This document shows, one piece after another, positions 26,297-41,500 of a stretch of 64,000 nucleotides of DNA. Every line of letters begins with the position of its first letter. The first letter of the stretch is position 1. The stretch covers positions 1-64,000 of the forward strand of contig NW_003526945.1 of the NCBI RefSeq assembly GCF_000181795.1. The letters are read 5' to 3'. The notes beneath the pieces are model-generated. The model made no database searches, was not told where the DNA came from, and saw only the letters and a program-made list of their open reading frames with translations. Origin of the DNA: Trichinella spiralis (lineage: Eukaryota). Both the position numbers and the translations under genes were made by a program.

Positions 26297-27468
26297 CTCT
26301 GCTTACCAGATACATAAACTAGTAGAGCTGGTTGCAACACTATATTTATAAAGGAATGTCTTTAACATTAACGTGTTTCTGGGATTTATAAGCAAATTCA
26401 AGAATAAGTAATTGTAATTCCAATAAGTTTTACTGAGTTAATTTTTTAGCAAAACTTCTGCGTAATAATTACTGAAAATATATCATAAATGTTGATTATT
26501 TATTAAGCTTGCTGCATTCTTCATTTTAATTCAGTATCCACATGATATGCTGTTTGCATAATGTCAGGATTTGGGGATCAGTAAATCGCGGCAAGACAAA
26601 ATCTAATTAGATTTCTTGGTTTTGAAATTTGAAAGAAACTTGTCATTACAATTTCCGCTTACTGAGATTTATTAAAAAGTCTGTTGCATAGCAATAACAT
26701 TTGAATTTTTATGAATTGTTAGAAGCTGATTAAATGAAAAGTTCTAATTTTCGCAACCAAAAGATAAGTTCAACCAATTTAAAATTGAAAATGAAACCTA
26801 GTATAATAAATACAAAGTTACATATCACAATAATAAAAATTACTGCATGAAATTAGCTTCTAGCATTTGTAATTATTTGTAATTTAAAGTGTCGATATTA
26901 AGGTAAACCATTAAATTCTTTTTGTAAGTAAAAAGTGCGCAAACCTCTAACCAGTTCAACAAAAATATAGCAATTGGACAGAATATGAAAGTTTGCAAAT
27001 AATAACTTGAGAGTCATTATATGCATACTGTTGCTTACTGTAATCGGATGTGGTTTATACCAATTTATTATATTGTATTTAAATAATGTTTTACGCGAAT
27101 TTATCCTTAAATACTGTTTAATTGCATGATTTGTCTTTCTGCTATAAATCGTGTATTATAATTTTTTTGCTTTTGGAATTGCCATTTTCATATTATGGTG
27201 TTCAATTTATAATGGATTCTTCAACATATAAAATAATTATATTTATTGATATGTTTTTAAATGCTACAGACATGCGCTTTAACATAGAAACGCCTCAAGT
27301 TATTCTAGTGGGAACAAACCGGTGCACCCTTTTCATAAATTGTATCGTTATTACAATTGGGAGTGTCAATTAGAAATGAATTGTTTTAGTTTTGGTTAAT
27401 GGCAAGTTTTTTTCCTGCTCAATACGAATAGCAGTTGTTCGCAACGAATTAGTGAATCAATTCTCAGT

Positions 27469-29302
27469 ATGCCAATTGATGCTCAACAAAAAGAAGTAAT
27501 ATATTAATTTATCGCTTACTGTTAACATATATATTTGTTTATGAAAGGTAATTTAAATGAATTGACGTTTCTTTCAGATGGCCCAACATTACAAAATCGT
27601 TACTTCTTTAAGCGCTGGCGCTATTGCTGGAGCAATTGCCAAAACGGCTATAGCGCCACTAGATCGAACAAAAATTAACTTCCAAGGTATTATTATTTCT
27701 TTAAAACTGAACTACAGAGTTTTCTGCTAATAAACGTCAGTGGATATGCACTTCCTTGTAAAAATGTAACATTACTTTCTCTTACATTTCTGTCAAAACA
27801 GTGATTTATATTTTGCATTTTTTTAATATTCTATCTTTAATTATATATTAGGTAATATATATAATATAAGGTATTGCAGTTTCATAAAAGTTATTTACTG
27901 ATAACCCAGTAATAATTTTTATTTGAAGTACTCATTAATATGTACAATGAATGCATGATTTTTTCTTTTTTATATAGTTGTACTGGATGAAGTTCTCACA
28001 ATTGGGTAAGCAATGATAAATGCAAACTATATTAAGCTCTGTTGATAGTTGTATACAGTTCCTTATAATAAACATAACTAGTTTATATTTGGAAAATATG
28101 AATTTGAAATAATGAGTTTGGAATTTTCTTTAGTTTCAACCAGACATTATTCATTTAAAGAAGCTGCGAAATTTATAAAGGAAACGTACCGTCAGCAAGG
28201 ATTCATTGCACTTTATCGAGGCAACTCAGCTACAATGGCACGTGTTATTCCATTTGCTGCTGTTCAGTACTGTGCACATGAGCAATGGAAGCATGTTTTG
28301 CAAGTAGATAGGCCCAAGTAATATTTACAGTTTGCTTATTTTACAGCTATTCACGATTATTTCACCTCCATCAGCTCTTCTACACCACTGCGTCGATATA
28401 TAGCCGGTTCGATGGCAGGTGTTACAGCTACATCAGTGACTTATCCTCTAGATTTGGCTAAAGCCTGCTTGTCTGTTAGTCGCAAATCTCAGTAAAATGC
28501 TTTTATTTTTAATACTGTTTAATTTTCTACACATAATTGTTAAATTTTAACCTTAAGGTATAAAACTCTCATTGCTGTTTTCGTTAAAATCTGGCACGTC
28601 GATGGACCTTTGGCGTTGTACCGAGGAATCATACCAACCTTACTTGGTGTCATTCCTTATGCGGGAACAAGTTTCTTTACATTTGAAAGCCTTAAAAATT
28701 TTCAGCATGGTATTGTTTTAGGAATCAAATTTTAAAACCTCTAATTTACTTTGATTTAGAAAGGACAGGCCGTCCAGCAACTGCACTAGAAAAGCTAATA
28801 TTTGGTGCCATTGCTGGCTTGTGCGGACAGAGTGCTTCCTATCCATTGGATATTGTGCGCAGGAGGTAAATTGTTTGTGCTCGTTATAAAGAAGAAGTGC
28901 AGTAATGCATAACTTTTCCCATTGTCGATAGTTTTGTTTAATTTCAAGACTAAATTATTTTTATTATAATTTCTTATCCTATTTTATATTCTTATCTTAT
29001 AAAAGAAAAGTTTAACCAAATGAAAAATCGCCTCCCTTCAAAGAGTTCAATTTGAAATAAGTTTATTTTTAATTTAATTTAATTTAATTTACTCTTTTAG
29101 AATGCAAACCGGTGTGGTTCCTCAGTCAAGCTCCATTTCGCAAATCGTTCGAAGCGTCGCTATTCACGAGGGTGTTGTTCATGGGCTGTACAAAGGACTT
29201 AGTATGAATTGGATCAAAGGCCCAATAGCTGTAGGCATTAGCTTCACAGTTTATGATACTTTTTTACGATTTATTCGCAGTTATCCATCACTGTTCTCGT
29301 AA
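27469..29302 (+). CDS. SLC25A42: Mitochondrial coenzyme A transporter SLC25A42-like carrier, about 7 exons
   Basis: Motifs: [127 protein letters not shown]. The start is either ATG 27469 (9-codon first exon) or ATG 27578. Confidence 0.92.
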
Positions 29303-31867
29303 AAGTGACTAACAATAATAAATTGTAACGTAGTGATAGTGTATTTTTTAGAAAAATGTTCAATTATGATTTTCAAAGACAGTTGATTAAACTGTATATT
29401 TGCTTTATTTATCATTCAAATTTGAATTAAACTTCCACATTTTTTTGAATTGAATTACTGTATTTCTGTTTAATTCAACATATTTAAAATAATATCACCT
29501 TTCTTGAGCATCTGATATGCAGTTACAGTAGGAATGGACTCACAAAGGGCAAATTGAAATTAAAATGTAAGCTGTAAATGAATTCTTGAAAATGCATAAG
29601 AAAAATATATGATATTATACTTTCATAAATAAAACGGATTAATAAATAAATGCGATCCGTATAATAAATGAAATCACGTGATATTGATTTTGTTCTAGTC
29701 CGCATTTAATTACAGATGATTTAGCAATTGATCAACAGCATTTATGTTTATAATTGATTGTTGCAAAATGCAATCTTAATTTATTAGTATTTTGTTTTCA
29801 AAAAAAGCATCAGTTCTTAAGAAAGACAAAAAGAATAAGACATAATACTTACCAATTGTTGCTGTATATGTGAAAGAGATGATGTGAAGAAGAACAGTTG
29901 AAGTGGTTAAAAAAGGCGTTCTCCTTTTGTACTTTTCTTGGTGATGACGTCAATAGAAGAAGAAGATGAACGATTATTGATGCAGTGAGTGAGTGTGGGA
30001 GGTTTGTAAAATGCATTTGTTATGCTTCATTCTGTTTTGAAGTTTGGCGATGTTGCCGCAATAAATTAAGTTTATTGTGTTGAAAATCGTGAAGCGAGAT
30101 TGGATCGGAAGCAAAATTAGCTCGACAATTATGTGACAGATTGTGAAGTGCAAAGTTCAGTTGGATGAGTAGACGCCCAAAATGGCTGGTCAGCTGACAA
30201 GCGTGTAGGATTTAATTTAGTGACAATTTTTCAAAAGGAGTACATTTGATCACTGAGAAGCACTATTCAAATCAGAATGCAAATGTTCACATTTGAATCA
30301 GTCTGATGCAGAAGTGAAAAGACCAGTGTAATTGGATAATCCAACGACTACTTACTTACACGCTGTATTTGTTTTGAATCGCTTTTGCAAAATCCATCCA
30401 CCCATTGTGAAATAATAACGCACGTGCGATTTTATTCCATATATATTTGTGTTCGTTTTTCAAATTGCATTGTATTCATAAAACGAGGGCACTTTTATCG
30501 TAGATATATAGATTCAAGTGCAATCAGATTGAACATTCATTATGATGAGCCTTCCTTGTCTTTGCATTTTCTAGTGTCTAACATCGATTGGCATGCAATA
30601 GTGAAGAAAATCTCATTTTGGTGCTGAAACATTGCAGTTGGCGATATTCACTAGCACAGATGACGATCAAACTGCTGGTCAGTTTCTATTATTCCTATTA
30701 GTACGCCAATGCAATGCAAATTAGCGTTGCAGGCAGTGAATGCACACGGCTAATTTGAATAACTGATAAATTGGATAAGACTACTTCGCCTAGCCTCTTT
30801 CCTGTTCATTTTGCTACTACTAAAAGGAAGTAGCTTCGCCTTATCTTCACAGTGTAGTGTGCTCGCTGCTTTTGCAATTTGCTGCGTTGCACTTTCTATG
30901 CAAAAATATTCATTTATCTTGTTTGTTTTGTTTATTATTATTATTATGTGAGTAATAATGCGCAAGAAATAGTACAACGTTAATGTTGTGTAATAGCGTT
31001 CAATTTAATAAATATCTGAAGAAAGAAAAAAATTCTTTTACTTGTTAAAATGAAGTGCGATGCTAAAATGTTGAAAGAATTGCTAAGCGGCAGGAAATTT
31101 TATTAACAAAGCACTAGAAATAGCACTTTGACTAAAATTCAATTCCGCCACTGTGCGCAACAGTAATTGGACATCACCTTTAACAAAGTTAATTTTTCAT
31201 CAGCCATTCACAAAATTATTCATCCTTCCTTGTACAATTTCATCATATTTCCATTTTTCAATTTATTTCATTATTTTGCTTCTTATTTTCTCTCTTTTTC
31301 ATTTTTTATTCATTTTATACTGATGATTATGCTGCATACTATTGCTTATACAATAATAACAATGATTATTAGAGTTATTAAATAGTATTATGAAGATGAC
31401 AATAGTAGAGTGATATGTATTGTTGTTTGCTCATTGAAAATTGTTGCTGGATTTCTAATTCGAGCAAATGAAATGCGGATTATATGTCAAATTAAACTGG
31501 ATAGATATACAATACATTTTTGAATGAAGATGAGGAAATTGTCGTTGGAAAAAGAAAATGTGGAAGGATAAAATAAGAAGAATGAAGCGACGACAGCCGG
31601 CAGCTAGCCACATAGCTGATGCGTGCATTCATGTGAAAATTACACAATGAACATATAACAAACTGGCGAGCATATGACATCGTTAACAGACAATCAGGGG
31701 TACGGTTGCCTGACAACCAACCAATGAAAAAGACAAAAGTAGTGTAACAGTGTTTGTTGCTAAAGGCAGATCGCTAGGCTACGCGTCAAAAAATATTCTT
31801 ATTCTTATTAATATTATTAATAATAATATTATTATTATTGTTGCTGATGTTTCGGATTTTTTCTTTA

Positions 31868-32591
31868 TCACTTTTTCATGTCGTTTGTCAAAATTTGATA
31901 TAGCTCTTTGTCGGCAAGACATCCATCGACAAATTCTTTCAACGTTAATTCTTTGTCTTTATTTGAATCCATTTTTTCAAAAATCATTTTTGCTCGACGA
32001 TGTGGTGAATCATCAGTTGAGCGAGTAACGTCTGGCCCAAGCATATCGTAAATTGCCTGTAAAATGAAATATTAAAATCCAAAATCAACGTCACATTTTA
32101 TAAAAATTTACTAACTTCAATAATTCGGACCATTTCTTTTTCATCGATAGTTCCATTACCATCAATGTCATACATACGAAATGCCCATTCTAGCTTCTTT
32201 TCTGGTGTTCCGCTAGAAGTGACATTTATAGCCAAAAGAAATTCTTTGAAGTCAATAAATCCAGAATTATCCGTGTCGAACGTTCGAAAGACATGCTCAC
32301 AGAACGCTTCCGCTGAGCCGGAGGGAAAAAAGTCCTTGTACACTTTGATAAATTGATCTTTCGTCAAATGCCCCTTGGGACAGTCTTGCTAAAATGTAAT
32401 ATTCAAAAAAAGTAAACATTTCACCAATATTAGCCATAGAACAATAATCATTATGAAAAATTTCCCAAACATATACTTACAACGAAACCTTTGTACCATT
32501 CTTTTATTTGCTCTTCAGAGAAGCTCGTGTTTTTCTTCAAAAAGTCCAAATCATCTTTAGAAAGCTTCGGACGACTATTCTTTGCTCCCAT
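31868..32591 (-). CDS. ncs-2: Neuronal calcium sensor 2 (recoverin/NCS family EF-hand protein, N-myristoylation Gly2), 190 aa, 3 exons
   Basis: Exons 32591-32481, 32388-32116 and 32056-31868 give [43 protein letters not shown]...[12 protein letters not shown]...[12 protein letters not shown]...[17 protein letters not shown]. Confidence 0.95.
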
Positions 32592-35500
32592 ACTGCTTGC
32601 TCCTGTTCAGAACAAATGAATGTACAGAAAAGAGGTTGAAAAAGAAACCCTTTTTCTCTTACTTGTTTTAACAATTAAAATTGTTCAAACTGATTGTATA
32701 AAAATATTTTTTCAGAAATATAAAATCTACAGCAATATTATTATAAATAAAGGAAGAATAAGAATTATTTCACCATGTAGTCAGTCATAGCAATGATAAA
32801 GTGGGAAAACAGCTGTACACTGTTTCGAATGTGATGCTCTGAACGCATGCGTGCGTTTCGCAAAGAGGCAGGCTCTCTCTGACTGGATCATTCAAACGGA
32901 AACGCGGAATGCTTTACGACCTCAAAGCACAACTGAATTTACTCCCACTTGCGCATAATTTTTAATTCCAAATCGATGTCAAAATTAAACATCGTACATC
33001 TTTTATTTCACAATCACTAAATAAATCACAGTCAACAAACCTTTAACTTTAGTTTCAACTTTAAACTCTCTAAACACGCAAAAAACATGTTTCATTAATA
33101 ATCAATCATTAGCTTACTTTTTCCATTTACATCTTCATTCAAGTCATATGCAAAAGCAACTTACAAATGATTCATCACTTTTCATTCATCTATTGAAATG
33201 TTAAGCAATTATCAAAATTTTCACTGATAAATAGCATAAACTTAAAGTCATTAAACATATAACATGATAATTGATAATAATTTAATTCAAAATTTCTATA
33301 AAATTCACTCTAAACAGTTACAACGTTGAAAGTTCAAACTCTTTTCAAGCGCAATTAATCAAATACACCATTTGCATAATAGAAATAAAGATCTGTGTAC
33401 TTGCATTAATCAACGCCATTGCTACTGTAACTTCATAAACAGTTTTACACGCTTCAACACAAACAAGCTTACCATAATTGCTTGCATTTGACTTTTTGCT
33501 TAAATGCAACATTCAATACTTTAGTAAAGCTTCACACTTTGCTATAATTCAATTCCTTTGCTATGTTTAGTTAATTTAATTTTTACCATCAAAACAGCAG
33601 CATCTTAAATTTAATGGAAATATCATTTAACTGCAAATTTGAATAATCATACACACTGTTCTACAATTTATAGCTAATGTTAAAAATTAGCACTTTCACT
33701 TGGAAACAGTAATTTGTTTGTATTTAACGCTTCACAAGTATACAATTTCAATAATACATTATTAGTATTATTACTTTCTTATATGAAATTTCAGTTTTTG
33801 CAAAATTAAACTTCATATTTGCCATTGGTTAAAGTTGAGAAAAAAATTGACAATTAACTTTATTATTATATGCAAAATTCACTATCATTTTAATTGAATT
33901 TTAAATAAGCACTATGCAATAATCACTTTTACAGTTTTCAACTAATTTTACATCCAATTACTCATTTGCTAACATGAACCAATTTCTTCTGCCTGTAATT
34001 GCAGATGTATTTTATTTTACGTTAGATAATTTACTAAATATACATCTGAACTTCCTTCAATTATTACTTAATAAATAAAATTTGAATTGTATTATCATAT
34101 TACAAACAAATATTATTATTCAGCAGCTACATTATTTGCACAAGTTGAAATAATTACTAAAAATAATTTGTATCAAAATATTTTTCTTATATTTAATTAA
34201 CTGATCCCAGTTAGTTCGATGACAAATTGCTGAGTATACATTTGGTGTTCTTATAATTTGACTATTTGCTAATTTAAATGTTGACAAATAAGTTATTCCA
34301 TATAATGGAATAGATTTGAGTGCAAAAAGTGCAAGTTTTACTGAAAAAATGCACAGTTGTGCTGGAATTTTAAAATAAATAACTGCAACAATATCTGATT
34401 GTTTTTTTCGCACTAATTGCTTTTCAATATCAGTATCATTATCATAGCAAAAATTAATGTAAATCAGTTTCTCAACTCCATACGCAACATTATAGTTATT
34501 CAAAAGCATTGAAAATAAAAATAAAAGTAAAACAATTCCTTCAATTATTATTCATCATTAGAAAGGATGATCAGTTTTGTGACTGAAACTATTGACGACA
34601 AATCAATGACTTCCCATTTCGAAGAATTAGTTTAAACCCATTGACAATTTAATTACATGCACATTGATTAAACTGCAGTGCTGAATTTAAAAAATTTAGT
34701 TTTTAATGTTCACAATAATTAATAATGTTTCATTTTTGTTCACTCTATTATATTATATTTTCCTCAATAGTATAATCATTTTCATTCTGTATTTCCATAC
34801 ATATTTTTCAGTATTCAATTCTAGCTAATCTTAGAAATAATAACAATGACAGGCTGTAAAAGAGAAATTATTAAATTACTATTCACTGCAACACATAAAT
34901 AGCATATTTAACTTATTATTATTATTATTATTATTATCAGCTTGCATTAATTTTCATTTTCATTCATTATATACCACATATTAGTGAAATAGTAAAAAAA
35001 CGAGTAAATCATTGTGTAAAATTAAAATTTAGTGAGCATAAAAAATTATCACCTCAAATATTTTCAATTTGCTGAAATAGTTTTTCAAAAAAATAAGTTG
35101 TAAAACATTTTATAAACAAGTAGAAAAAATCAATTGATATTCAATATATTTCAATCTAATTTTTAAGTTATTTTTTTTTTCAAATATTACTTGCCCATAG
35201 ATAAATAAATGATTATTGATCATGAGTGATGAAAAAAATTTCTATTAAGAAACTGTTCAATGCTCAAATGTAATAGAATTATACACAAGTAGTTGGATGG
35301 CAGCAATTTCACATTCAGTTTAAATGAAGAAAACGTTCATCATAAATGAACAAGCAAGTGAAAGCAATCTTTTCACCTCTAAATTTATCCTCTACAAAAT
35401 CACAGCACAACATTTATAAGCAATCATCTGTCTGTTTATGAGGCAAAAACCATTAGTACTCTTCCAAATATTCTCTTCACTTCAGAATGCGGCTATAAAT

Positions 35501-38500
35501 TTCCTTTTAGACTATTTTGACTGCAACTGCACTCCGCATATCGCATGGGCATATTTTTTGGTGTTATAAGAAGCACAATGAAACGAAACAAAATCGACGA
35601 AACGTGCAAAACATAACCAAAACAAAATTATATCAATAAGAGAAATGTGAAAAAGAAGTGAGCTGAAATTTTGCTTGATTTATCTTCTTAGGATAAGAAA
35701 TTAAACAAAAAATCATTATTTTTAAAAGCATACCACTAGATAAATAAAACCATTGAATGTATCAAATTTAACCTATAAAAGTTTAACAAAGTCTGATAAA
35801 ATATACAAGTGAAAATTTTGAAAGATAATGTATTATTACCAAAAGGCAGCTGTTCACACGAATGCAACAGCAAAGCAATCCATTGTTGAATATGTATTTA
35901 CGCTTACAAAAAGTCTCTTAAGCAAATTAATGCTGCTACAAATTCTGCTATGCTTAATTTTTTTCCAGTCTATATGTCGTTCATTGAATTGTCTTCCAAT
36001 AGTAGGCTATTTTCGCATGCAATAGCAAGCAGTAGATTTATTCAACTTTACTACTTTTATAAATTATACTAAAAAAGAAATCGAGTGGAAAATAGCTTCA
36101 CCATTCATTTAGGCAAAGTAATTGCCGGATACGACTTAACGCATTGAAAATGATGTGAAATGCCACTTTATTGCATCACTAAAAAATTGTAATTTTCTTG
36201 TATTTACGCATAAACAATGCGTTGAATGAATAAAAATATAAACCCTTTTATGAGAGCAATAATATTTCCACTGTTATTGACAGTATACAACATTGATCAG
36301 TTTGGTAAAGACAAGCTGAATAACTTGATGAACAAACTGAAAAACCATCACTTATCACATCGACCTTTAGAAAGAAAAGTTCTTTATTTTCATAATTTCT
36401 GATGTTTCAGTAATGTTTTTGTAAAATAGCACACATCATATATATAAAGCATCATATATACTAATAATAATAGGTAAAGTATTCTGCTTTGGGTGATTAT
36501 TCAACATGGAATATGTGAAAGATAAAACTTTCAGTCAACATAAACGAGTTAAACTAAGTAGCCTATTCAAAAAAATATTATTCATATGGACAAAAGAAAA
36601 AAGCACACCTGCTTAATAGTACAGTAAATAATGTGCAAAAAGTTGACAATTTTTTAAATCAATTTTACAAAGCAAGGCTGGACAACTACCACACTAGTAC
36701 AGCAATCATAATAAATCACACCAGGAAACTATATGGAGCGGCAGTTTATTCATTCATTTTTAGGAAAATTTTTGAAAACAATAAACAATACTTGCTTGAC
36801 TTCGATTATATGCTATTAAAATAATAGCAGTTAAACAGACGTAAGCAGAACAGCCTGTTTCAAACATAAAATTAAACTCATCGGTGAAGCGATTTTTCAA
36901 AAGTATATCGATTAATAACTTTACCTTTAAATATGCTAATTCTTCGATAATTCTAATTTACAAAAACAGACAATAAAATAAAGAAATCTATAAACATCAT
37001 TTCCCAAAATAAGAAAAATTTTTCGCAAAAATCAATTAAAATATGGTAGAATTTCATTTTTAAAAAATAACAAAAAAACAAAATCTATAATTATTTATGA
37101 TATTCTTCATTTTAAAATGCAATTGATTTCATTTCACTTTACTAAACGCTACAAAACATAAACGAAAGCGATGGCGGAAAATTGAAATTTCCATTGCTTA
37201 CTTATAAGTATGAATGAGCCAAATTGTTTGTTTTTTTCAGAGTAGCATATTTTCTTAAACAGTTGATTTTAACATATTTTCTTGGGATCTAGTTAATTTT
37301 CAACGCATTCCACTATATTTCAGTAACTGACATTAAACTTTATCATAACATTTATTAGAAAAGTAATTTTTAACAGTCTAAATTCACAAACTTGCATCAA
37401 AATACTTTCAGCAACAACATTTATGCAAAGCAGAGTAAGCATGCCAAATGTTAAAACATGAAAATGCAACTAAACCGATCTCTAACAATAGACCTCTTGA
37501 AGACTGCATTATTGAGTGATTTTAAAAGAAAATAAAAGCTAAACTTTAAATGGATATATTTTTTAAAATGATGAAAAATTCATAAATTTATAAAAAACTT
37601 TTATTTCAAAAAACAGCATTATTACTTGTGAGTTTCAAATTTCCTTTGTTTAAATGATAACCTTTGCTAAATATGCTAGAGATTATATGCCAAATATTTT
37701 AACAATTTGTCAAACTATTTAAATAATGCGTCATTTAACAATTGATTAATTGTACGAAAACTTTCAGGTAATTAAATTACATTAAAGTACGATTGAAGAA
37801 GTATTCAATAACAGTTGCGGGAAAACCAATTTAAAGTAACTTTTTATTTGGTGGAAATGAGAAATATTTTCAATGGAGTGTAAGTTTTATTTAAAAATGT
37901 AAAGCGAACAACAATACTTTTCTTATAAGAACAGTATTCAACAGAGCGGCAATATTTTAAAATAAAATATTCATGAAATATTAACAAACTATATACATAC
38001 AAATAAGTCTATAAAGAGAGAGAGCAACAATTTATTGAATAATATATGCCATTCACTGACTAATATTGTAGTGTAATAAATAAATTACATAATTTCAGAT
38101 GGAATTTTGCATTTTATGACTTTTAGCAAAATGACACTTAATAAACACTGAAACGCGATACACATGCTTATGCAACTTGATCTGAATTATAAACTTAAAA
38201 TATAATAATTCAAAAAATGAAATCACAAATTAGCAATAATTTTTCATCTAATACATAAGCAGCAGCTGATCGAATAAAAGTAATAAATAAAAAACAAAAG
38301 AAACATTTTAATAAATTTGCATTGCTATTCTAAAACAAGCAAGATGAATTTTCTCACTTTCATCCCTTTCAGTTGGTTAGATTCGCAAAACTTTTTCATG
38401 CAGGTTGCATTTTGATTTTGCATACTGTTACACATTAGACGGTTGTCATCAAAATTAAACAAAAATTTAATATTTAAATTACTGGGCAAAGAAGGGAGTT

Positions 38501-41500
38501 GTGCCTTTTACTTATTTCAATATTAGAAAATTAAGAAAAGCAACTTTCCATATAATATGCTTAAATTTTTGCACCTAATAGAAATGACAGCAATCACAAT
38601 CAATTTGCCCCAAGTATTTATTAGATGGTGGTAGAAATTTTCAACTCAAAAAATTAAAATTTTAATTAAAAATTTACCCTTCTTTGTAAGATGATTCGTT
38701 TTATTTTTAACAATTGCTCACAAAACAATTTATATTATAAACTAATCAGCTAGGCATATTCATGGTCCAGAAAAATTCCTCTACAAACTAAAACCCGTAT
38801 AAGTCCTTGGTAAAATCAATTAATATTTTTGATACTTTATACATTATCAGAAAATGCTTGTTAAAATACCCATGGGATGTTAATCATGCAAATGTAAAAT
38901 ATTTCATAAGAATACATTTCATAGAAAAATGTTTTAGTACTGCCTCTTTTCTAATCTCCACATTATTATCTAATTTGGGATTCAGGAATGGAAAATTTTG
39001 GTTACTGAATAAATTCTATTGTTTATTTTCATAGTAAAATGGAATACACTTTTCATTCAACAAAAGCAATCTATACTTCACATTTTAATTGCTTTTTAAA
39101 TAAAATACTGCAAAAATAAGTCTTCATTTGTAATGTTTGCAATGAAAACAAATTTTTATGCATATTCATGAAACAAATTGCTTAAATTAAAATATATATT
39201 CATGTTCATCAAATATATTATTCACATTCTTAAAATCATATGCTGATCGTATTTGGTTTCATTAATTCAAAGCAAATAATTCAAATTTATAATATCTAGG
39301 CATGTTAGAATTAAAATGTTCTAATACATGCAAATTTTTAGAAATATAAATTTTTTAAATATCAGCACATACCTTCAATGTGAGGAAAAGAACTGTTTGA
39401 ATTTTATTTGACGAACTTTGCTTTTCGTTATCCAGAAAATGACACGATTTGCAACAAATCCTAAAGTTAATTAAATTGATAACTGGTAAAGAAAAGAAAA
39501 AAAACAAGAAAAGTAGCAATAGAAAAGTTGACGAAAAGGTCGAAAAAATATGATTTAAATCAAATTAGTATTATTATTATTGTAATTGAGCAGCATATGC
39601 TCAAATTACACTTCACTATTTCATGAATCACGGATACATGAGCATAGTAAACGTGAAAAAGATAACCAATCAAAATTGGTTGCAAGAACAAAATTCCAGA
39701 AAACGTAACAACGAATAAATTACCAAAAGGCCTTCTAATCACAGCTACTTCTTCAAATGAATATTGACCAACACCACCTGAAAGGATATATTGCGCTAGT
39801 TGCAGCTGACAAAAGGCGCAGGCTTCCGTCTTAGGAAAAATCGAACAATCCTTAATTGTCAGTGACCTTAGTTGTTCAGGACTTCGGTTTAAGTCATTTT
39901 CGAAGAAGGAGGCCAATATTGATTTTAATAGAGCCAAAAATTACGTTTAATTCAGAACTGACTGGATTGCAGACTTATCAAGGGGTTAATGAACAGACGT
40001 TAGCAAGAGCTGCACGGCAGGGTGTTAACTTGCAATCAACAATTTTCCTAACTAACTACGATGAAAGCATACTATTTCCAGTTTTACCAACTGTTCAACA
40101 CAGAGTAGGAGCTTTACATAAATTCTGGTCTCTAGGCGCCATTTCTTTATCGATTTCGTCCAAATTTATCAGAAACTCAATCAACAATTTTGGATAGAGT
40201 AAACAGAATAAAACCTTACAGCAAACTAGCAGCTAACAAACAGTTTCATAAGTCAAATACACATATAGCACCAGGCATGTAATAAATACAACATTTTTGC
40301 CTATGCATAAATAAATGCAACCATCATACTTTGTTTGTTCCATTTGCAAATTCTGTTTTAAATAGAAGCATCATTCTGTTTCATTGCATGCAATAAAGAC
40401 ACAATACTCACTAAAAGACGGTCAATTAATGAGACAAGCTTTCCATTTGATTATTTTCTTCCCAGTTTTGAAACTTTCCAGCAACTGCGGTTTCTGTTCA
40501 GTAGCATCTGCTCATGCAAAACTAAGCAAAATTCATAGACACAACATCTATAATAGCATGATTTTCAATTTGCGCTCTTGTTCACAGTGAATGATGTGTT
40601 ATCCATGCATGAAAAGCTTCCACTTGTGCTACAGTAATGCTTGGTCCTTATCAAGCAAATTTCACATAACAAAGAGATGTGGAAGCTGGTTTTGAAATTG
40701 CTAAGCGTATGCTATTCTGAAATGATCGTTTTCATTAAATTTATCTTTTTCATTTCCATTCCACTTATTGCAATTCGTGGTGAAATGATAACTTACCTTC
40801 AAACAAAACAAAACAAAGATATAACTAAAATATATTTAAAATAATATGAAATATGAAAGAATGAATGCAAAATATCTAATTGAAGGAAAAATATTACCTT
40901 AAAATGCGGCATGTCTTCAATTTCATATTTATTTCAAAAAAATTTACTTGTAAATAAGCTTAAAAATATTACATTTATAATTTATTCTACTGATAACAGC
41001 ACTGTATACAATTTTGAAAACCATTTTAAAGCCAGACCATCAAAATAGTCAATTTTAGTTGATTTCAATCACTGAAAAGGAAAAAGAAAAACAGTAGCTA
41101 TATATATGCATACAATGAAATAAACAAAGCTAATATTTTTTTCATTTTCATTAGTCTATTGCAAAATCATAAAATATTACATGGTAAAGTTATTTTGCAA
41201 CATTAAAAATAAATTTGCTTTTTTATTTGAAAAGTAGTCGAGTGTTTAAAAATTACATTAATGTGTCACTATTACAAGTGAAAGCATTAAATAAATTTTC
41301 TTGAATTACTTACAGAATAATGAATTGCAATAATCTCATTTAAAGCGACATTGATGTTTTGCACTTTTGACAGTTAATCCAATTCTTAATAGTGTATAAA
41401 TTAGAGCACAAGTTGCATAATTGTATTTTACATGTGATATTTATCTGGTCACAGTTTGGAACTACTTTCAAATACTATGCAATGACTTATCATGAAACTT

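Noticed and set aside
28400..28415. GGTTCGA T-loop-like motif (also near 62005)
   Set aside because: Both lie within coding exons and have no cloverleaf or A-box; no tRNA gene is supported.
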